Assembly (NCBI GenBank): GCA_035510575.1 | Contig: DATKGV010000004.1 | Location: forward strand, 6,839 to 70,838 | Length of the DNA: 64,000 bases | Direction: 5' to 3' | Source: Minisyncoccota bacterium | GTDB taxonomy: Bacteria > Patescibacteriota > Minisyncoccia > Phycocordibacterales > UBA9973 | Shown here: positions 58,915 through 64,000 of the stretch, one piece after another | Layout: each line of letters opens with the position of its first letter | Numbering within the stretch: position 1 is the stretch's first letter | Program-made: the position numbers and the translations under genes | Notes under the pieces: generated by a model | Database searches by the model: none | Told to the model about the DNA's origin: nothing | Seen by the model: the letters and a program-made list of their open reading frames with translations, nothing else

Positions 58915-60276
58915 TTATTTTAGCATATTTTTACGGCTTTTATGCCTATAGAAAGCAATTGCAAATCTATGCGACTCGCCGTTGGCAAGCAAGATGGATT
59001 TCTTATGAAGCTTAATTATTTGTTCATCGCCGATTATAGCTTTAGCTTTATGCTTGTCATTTTTAACAACAGCAACTATTGGAATATCAAATTGATAACG
59101 ATTAAGCACTTTTTTGGCGACATTTATCTGAGCAATACTGCCATCCATAACTACAAGATTGGGAATCCCCCATTCAAGATGATGGAGTCGGCGAGACAAA
59201 ACTTCTTCAAGGGCGCCAGTATCATTTGAATGCGTTTGAGTACTTATAATGAATTTCCTGTACTCATTTTTATTTGATTTATTATTTTCAACAACTGTCA
59301 TAACGCCAACCATATTCTTGCCAGACATATGAGCAATATCATAAGCTTCTATCCTAAATGAAGCTATAAAATGATTTCCAGAATGGTCTGGCCGAGCGTA
59401 ATCGCGAGGAGATCCGAGGACCTTTTGGAAATCATTTTCTAGCGAAATATCTTCTTTTATAAGAGCCACATCATTTATGTGTTCTAAGGCGAAAATTCTT
59501 TTCTTAACCTCATTGGCCTTTTCAAATTCTTTTTTCTTTGCATAAGAAAGCATTTCCTTCTTAAAATTTTGAATTATCTTTTTCTTTTTGCCTTGAAAGA
59601 AAAGATTTAAATTGATAATATTTTTTTTATATTGGTTTAGTGAAGCAGAAAAAGAGTTTTCAAAATGGTCTGGCCGAGCCGAAGGCGAAGGAGATCCGAG
59701 GACCTTTTGAAAACTCTTTTTCTGCGAAATATTACTAATTTCTGGTGTTAAACCTAATTGTTTATAAAATTCATAATTTTGCTTCTTGCTGGAACTTGCA
59801 TCAATATACGGGAAAATCCTGCGAATTATCTTCATTGCTTCGCGAAGCTGCAAGCCATTCGGAAATGGACCGTAGACAGAATTAAAGAAAAGTTTTTCTT
59901 TAATTCTGTCTAGATTTCTCCCCCGCACCACCAAAACTTTCGGTAATTCTTCCCTAGTTATACAAACATAATTAAAACTTTTATTGTCTTTTTCTTTTGT
60001 ATTATATTTCGGCTGATATTTTTTTATTAAGTTCGCTTCAAGAATAATAGCTTCCAAAACAGAATCGGTTTCCTGCCATTTTATGCTGTCTGCTTGCATA
60101 ATCATATCCACAAGCAATGGTCCGCGAGTGGCTATCAAATCCTTGCCAAAATAGCTCTTTACTCTATCTCGTAAAGAAGTAGCTTTACCTGTATATAAAA
60201 GAGTTTTCTCTTTATAAAAGAAATAAACACCAGGTTTATCAGGAATTTTATATTTTTTTAAATCTTGACTTTTCAT
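58915..60276 (-). CDS. uvrC: excinuclease ABC subunit C (short form lacking C-terminal HhH), with two in-frame copies of element C
   Basis: N-terminal GIY-YIG (PGVYFFYKEKTLLYTGKATSLRDR), UvrB-interacting helix (EFEKANEVKKRIFALEHI), C-terminal RNaseH-like endonuclease (DGSIAQ ... ESHRFAIAFYR). The repeated FQKVLGSP..ARPDH segments are encoded by C2 (59397-59440) and C3 (59655-59710). Confidence 0.8.
   Translation of the reverse strand: MKSQDLKKYKIPDKPGVYFFYKEKTLLYTGKATSLRDRVKSYFGKDLIATRGPLLVDMIMQADSIKWQETDSVLEAIILEANLIKKYQPKYNTKEKDNKSFNYVCITREELPKVLVVRGRNLDRIKEKLFFNSVYGPFPNGLQLREAMKIIRRIFPYIDASSSKKQNYEFYKQLGLTPEISNISQKKSFQKVLGSPSPSARPDHFENSFSASLNQYKKNIINLNLFFQGKKKKIIQNFKKEMLSYAKKKEFEKANEVKKRIFALEHINDVALIKEDISLENDFQKVLGSPRDYARPDHSGNHFIASFRIEAYDIAHMSGKNMVGVMTVVENNKSNKNEYRKFIISTQTHSNDTGALEEVLSRRLHHLEWGIPNLVVMDGSIAQINVAKKVLNRYQFDIPIVAVVKNDKHKAKAIIGDEQIIKLHKKSILLANGESHRFAIAFYRHKSRKNMLK
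59397..59440. repeat. element C2 core (reverse complement of C1 core), in-frame in uvrC
   Basis: aatggtctggccgagcgtaatcgcgaggagatccgaggacctttt, flanked by its own inverted repeat aaatgatttcc / ggaaatcattt. Confidence 0.65.
59655..59710. repeat. element C3 core, in-frame in uvrC
   Basis: aatggtctggccgagccgaaggcgaaggagatccgaggaccttttg, flanked by the inverted repeat aaaaagagttttc / gaaaactcttttt. Confidence 0.65.
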
Positions 60277-60347
60277 GTTTATTTCCTCTTTAACACTTTC
60301 TTCAAATACCCCGAAGGAAAGAGTACTTCCTACGGGGCAAGTTTTCC

Positions 60348-63020
60348 CTATTTTTTCAAAACCCTTTTTAGATATTTACCGGTATATGAATTTTTATTAC
60401 CTGCCACTTCTTCAGGTGTTCCACGAGCGACAATTTTACCGCCACCAAGACCGCCTTCAGGCCCAATATCTATAATATAATCAGAGTTTTTTATGATATC
60501 CATATTATGTTCAATAATAACAACAGTATTCCCTTTATTCACAAGCTTATTTAAGACCTCTAAAAGTTTCGCCACATCATCATAATGCAATCCGACTGTC
60601 GGCTCGTCCAAAAGATAAATGGTTTTTTCCAGATGCGGACGGTACAGTTCCGAAGAAATTTTCACGCGCTGAGCTTCCCCGCCGGAAAGCGTTGTCGCCG
60701 ATTGTCCAAGCTTTATATATCCAAGTCCGACATCCATAAGAGTATTCAAGCGGTCATAGATTGCCGGTATGTCTTCAAAAAATTTTACGGCTTCTTCGAC
60801 AGTCATTTGGAGAATTTCGTAAATATTCTTCTTTTTGTATTTAACTGTCAGTGTTTCCTTATCGAAACGTTTGCCCAGACAGACATCGCAAGTCACATAA
60901 ACAGTCGGCAAGAAATGCATTTCCACCGCCACTTCGCCGTTGCCTTCGCAGGCCTCGCAGCGCCCGCCTTTGACATTGAAAGAAAAGCGATTTGATTTCC
61001 AGCCGCGCAAGCGGGCTTCCTCGCTTCCCGCAAATAAATCACGCATATGAGTAAAAGATCCTGTATAAGTGGCAATATTCGAGCGTGGCGTGCGGCCTAT
61101 CGGCGACTGATCAATCAATATCGAGCGCGACAAATATTCTGTTCCGGAAAATGAAGCGCAATTATAAACTTTGGCTGTACGATATTTCATATCATATTTG
61201 GCTTGCAGATTTTTATGCAGAATTTCATACATGAAAGAACTCTTGCCTGATCCCGAGACGCCGGTTATCGTAATCATTTTCCCGAGAGGAATTTCCACGT
61301 TAAGATTATTGATATTGAAAATTTTTCCGCCGATTATTTTTAGGGATCCTTTGTTGCTCGTACGACGCTTTTCCGGAATTTCGATTTTCAATTCATTGCG
61401 TAAATAAGCAAGCGTGCGCGACTTTGACGGATTTGTTTTGGCTGTCAGCAACGGCTCTAAATAATCCGAGACAATAACTTGCCCGCCATGAACTCCAGCT
61501 TTCGGCCCTATATCAACTATGTAATCAGATGCATAAATTGTATCTTCATCATGTTCCACTATTATAATCGTGTTGCCGATATCGCGAAGGTTTTCAAGCG
61601 TTTTTATTAATCGGTCGTTATCGCGCTGATGCAACCCTATTGTCGGTTCGTCAAGCACATACAGCGCACCGACAAGTCGAGAGCCGAGCTGGGAGGCCAG
61701 GCGTATGCGCTGGGCTTCTCCGCCAGATAAAGTATTGGCTTTTCTATCAAGCGACAGATAATCAAGCCCGACATTAAGCAAAAATTGGATTCTTGATTCA
61801 ATTTCTTTAATAACAACGTTTGAAATTTCTTTCTCCTGTTCGGTTAATTCAAGCTCAATGAAAAAATCGGCAACTTGCTGTATGGAAAGATGAGTAAGAT
61901 TTACTATATTCATTCCCTTCCCATAGGTCGGACCTATGGTCTTTTGGTTTTTATTATTTGTCCATAGGTCCGACCTATGGGAAGAACCTAAGAAAACATT
62001 TAATGCTTCAGGGCGCAAGCGAGCGCCAAGGCAGGTATCGCAAGGTTCCGTTCCGCCAAAATATTTGGTACCTAAGCCGTTACAAGTTGGACAGGCGCCA
62101 TAGGGAGAATTGAATGAGAATAACCTTGGCTCAATTTCTGGGAAAGAAAAACCGTCTTTCGGGCAAGCAAATTTAGAAGACATTAAAAATTCCTCGTCAG
62201 TAATTTTAATAATAACCAATCCTTCGGATTCAATAAGCGCGCGCTCAATAGCTTCAGCCAAGCGCATTCTGGCATCATCGGGAGCATCTTTAAATTCATG
62301 AATTGCAAAAGAATCCACAAGGACTTCTATATCGTGCTTTTTATTTTTTGAAATATCTATGCGTTCGCGAAGATTCCTGATTTCTCCATCCATGCGCACT
62401 TTAGTAAAACCCTTGTTAAGCAAATCATAAAGCAATTGGTAATATTCCCCCTTGCGCCCGCGAATAACCGGCGAAAGAATATCAACCGGTGTCTCATCCC
62501 ATTTCACACCCAGCACTTCCTTCTTGCCAGATGGCCTTTTGTGTACCTTTATTTTATCAAGAGCAAAATTCATTATTTCTCCACTCGAAAGTTTTTTTAT
62601 TTCATCTCCGCATATCGGGCAATGCGGCCTGCCAATGCGCGCATAAAGCACCCGAAGATAATCGTATATTTCAGTGATAGTAGCAACTGTTGAACGCGGA
62701 TTATTGGAACGCGATTTCTGGTCAATGGAAATTGCCGGAGAAAGGCCGGTAATCTCATCGACATCCGGCTTAGGCATTTGATTCAAAAATTGGCGGGCAT
62801 AAGCGGAAAGCGATTCCACATAGCGGCGCTGGCCTTCGGCAAAAATAGTATCAAAAGCAAGCGAGCTCTTTCCCGATCCCGATATGCCGGTAATAACCAC
62901 CATTTTATTGCGCGGCATTTCAACATCTATATTTTTCAAATTGTGCGTCCTAGCGCCTTTGATTATTATTTTACTTGCCCCGCCTAGGCGTGGGTCTGTG
63001 TTTTTATCTAATTTGTTCAT
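60348..63020 (-). CDS. uvrA: excinuclease ABC subunit A, with tandem in-frame palindromic insertions
   Basis: Two ABC ATPase modules ([24 protein letters not shown]) and zinc fingers. An extra segment ...[25 protein letters not shown]... coincides with palindromes 61921-61939 and 61962-61980. Confidence 0.9.
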   Translation of the reverse strand: MNKLDKNTDPRLGGASKIIIKGARTHNLKNIDVEMPRNKMVVITGISGSGKSSLAFDTIFAEGQRRYVESLSAYARQFLNQMPKPDVDEITGLSPAISIDQKSRSNNPRSTVATITEIYDYLRVLYARIGRPHCPICGDEIKKLSSGEIMNFALDKIKVHKRPSGKKEVLGVKWDETPVDILSPVIRGRKGEYYQLLYDLLNKGFTKVRMDGEIRNLRERIDISKNKKHDIEVLVDSFAIHEFKDAPDDARMRLAEAIERALIESEGLVIIKITDEEFLMSSKFACPKDGFSFPEIEPRLFSFNSPYGACPTCNGLGTKYFGGTEPCDTCLGARLRPEALNVFLGSSHRSDLWTNNKNQKTIGPTYGKGMNIVNLTHLSIQQVADFFIELELTEQEKEISNVVIKEIESRIQFLLNVGLDYLSLDRKANTLSGGEAQRIRLASQLGSRLVGALYVLDEPTIGLHQRDNDRLIKTLENLRDIGNTIIIVEHDEDTIYASDYIVDIGPKAGVHGGQVIVSDYLEPLLTAKTNPSKSRTLAYLRNELKIEIPEKRRTSNKGSLKIIGGKIFNINNLNVEIPLGKMITITGVSGSGKSSFMYEILHKNLQAKYDMKYRTAKVYNCASFSGTEYLSRSILIDQSPIGRTPRSNIATYTGSFTHMRDLFAGSEEARLRGWKSNRFSFNVKGGRCEACEGNGEVAVEMHFLPTVYVTCDVCLGKRFDKETLTVKYKKKNIYEILQMTVEEAVKFFEDIPAIYDRLNTLMDVGLGYIKLGQSATTLSGGEAQRVKISSELYRPHLEKTIYLLDEPTVGLHYDDVAKLLEVLNKLVNKGNTVVIIEHNMDIIKNSDYIIDIGPEGGLGGGKIVARGTPEEVAGNKNSYTGKYLKRVLKK
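61921..61980. repeat. two tandem family B-variant perfect palindromes (ccataggtcggacctatgg and ccataggtccgacctatgg), in-frame in uvrA
   Basis: Separated by a 22-nt AT-rich spacer. Together they add about 24 residues after the second zinc finger. Confidence 0.7.
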
Positions 63021-63331
63021 ATGACAGAAACGACACCCCTTAATGTTCTATAGGGGTGCATATCAATATTAAACTGAGTTAATAGTAACACAAAGCGCAA
63101 CACTTGACAAATATTTTTGATTATGCTAGCATATCCATAAATCTGTTACTTCACGTAAACATCAAAAGCAAGAGATTTTATCTCCTCTGCACATTTGGCC
63201 GTTTATATATAGACTGATAAAGAACTATAGCTTTTCGGAGCTTATATTATTAGAAACTAATATATCCGCCCAACGCGTAAATTTAAATCGAATAACAGAT
63301 TATGGCAGCGACGACAAGTTGTTGCCATTTT

Positions 63332-64000
63332 TTATTTACCCTCTATTTTCCTTTTGAGCATCATAATTTCATCACGGAGAATTGCTGCAGTTTCAAAATC
63401 AAGTTCTTTGACTGCCCTATTCATTTCTTTTTCTTTTATATTTATAATTTTATTATAGACAAGTTTATTGCGCTCGTCATCTGGAAGTAAAAGATTGCTG
63501 ATTGATTCTTTTTCTGTCTTTCCCTTTTTATTTTTATCTTTAACAAACGCTTTCTTGAATAATTCAACATCAAGATCAAGTTCAGCATTTACTGCTTTCT
63601 CATGCTTGTTTTCAAGCTCTTCTGTTATATCTTTAATTTTTTTAATAATAGTTTTTGGAGTAATACCATTCTTTTTATTATATGCCACTTGAATGGCGCG
63701 TCTGCGATTCGTTTCGCCTATCGCTCTTTCAAGCGAACCTGTCATAATATCAGCGTAAAGTATTACTCTGCCTTCCACATTGCGAGCAGCGCGTCCGATA
63801 GTTTGAATAAGAGAGGTCTCGGATCGAAGAAATCCTTCCTTATCGGCATCCAGTATTCCGATAAGCGCGACTTCTGGCAAATCAAGCCCTTCTCTTAATA
63901 AGTTTACTCCAACTAAAATATCTATTTCCCCTTTTCTAAATTGCGTTAATATTTGAATACGTTCAATTGTTTTTATTTCACTGTGTAAATACTCTGCTTT
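63332..64000 (-). CDS. uvrB: excinuclease ABC subunit B, C-terminal part (gene continues past the right window edge)
   Basis: ...[26 protein letters not shown] ... [14 protein letters not shown] (UvrB-UvrC interaction domain). Upstream helicase motif [13 protein letters not shown] is readable to the window edge. Confidence 0.85.
   Translation of the reverse strand, partial: KAEYLHSEIKTIERIQILTQFRKGEIDILVGVNLLREGLDLPEVALIGILDADKEGFLRSETSLIQTIGRAARNVEGRVILYADIMTGSLERAIGETNRRRAIQVAYNKKNGITPKTIIKKIKDITEELENKHEKAVNAELDLDVELFKKAFVKDKNKKGKTEKESISNLLLPDDERNKLVYNKIINIKEKEMNRAVKELDFETAAILRDEIMMLKRKIEGK

Noticed and set aside
63304-63335. Hairpin tggcagcgacgacaagttgttgcca plus T-run, and the 62-aa ORF starting at 63302
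   Set aside because: The ORF overlaps the uvrB 3' end in another frame. The hairpin is more likely a bidirectional terminator at the uvrB stop than a regulator of a real plus-strand gene.

Overview
This window reads as a Candidate Phyla Radiation (Patescibacteria)-like chromosome segment: AT-rich, compact, genetic code 11, with mostly small proteins. I found three tiers of content.

Core content:
- A pentose-phosphate cluster: rpiB, rpe, transketolase split into N- and C-terminal subunits, a PfkB-family sugar kinase and a class II fructose-bisphosphate aldolase.
- A cell-wall and division (dcw) cluster: mraZ, rsmH, ftsL, ftsI, murF.
- lysS and greA.
- A hydroxyacid dehydrogenase, minimal pyruvate kinase, enolase and glycerate 2-kinase module.
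- A complete F1Fo ATP synthase operon: atpI-like, then atpB, E, F, H, A, G, D, C.
- gyrA, ddl and a uvrC-uvrA-uvrB cluster.
- Ribosomal proteins L25, L31, L27, L9 and an S1-like protein; also prfA, rsmI and prs.
- tRNA-Ile(GAU) and tRNA-Glu(CUC).

Accessory content:
1. A higher-GC integrase island at the left edge (positions 1 to about 3870), carrying a YerC/TrpR-like regulator and a PRTase-domain protein.
2. A diversity-generating retroelement (DGR). It has a reverse transcriptase with the SQ-type motif 4, an Avd-like protein, a 115-nt template repeat, and a 117-nt variable repeat at the C-terminus of a small membrane-anchored target. Every TR/VR mismatch sits at a TR adenine.
3. A GIY-YIG nuclease gene embedded between 25-nt direct repeats of the tRNA-Glu 5' end.
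4. A flavin-trafficking module: FMN-binding protein, ApbE, and an RnfD/NqrB-like membrane protein fused to an FNR-like oxidoreductase.
5. A tandem array of five paralogous pilin-like double-TM proteins.

Strongest unexplained signal: at least five families of short GC-rich palindromic elements are scattered through the window. Many lie in-frame inside conserved housekeeping genes (dapF, alkD-like, atpD, atpG, atpB, uvrC, uvrA, a methyltransferase), each adding about 7 to 25 residues. This resembles the Rickettsia palindromic element phenomenon.

No rRNA and no CRISPR array are present.
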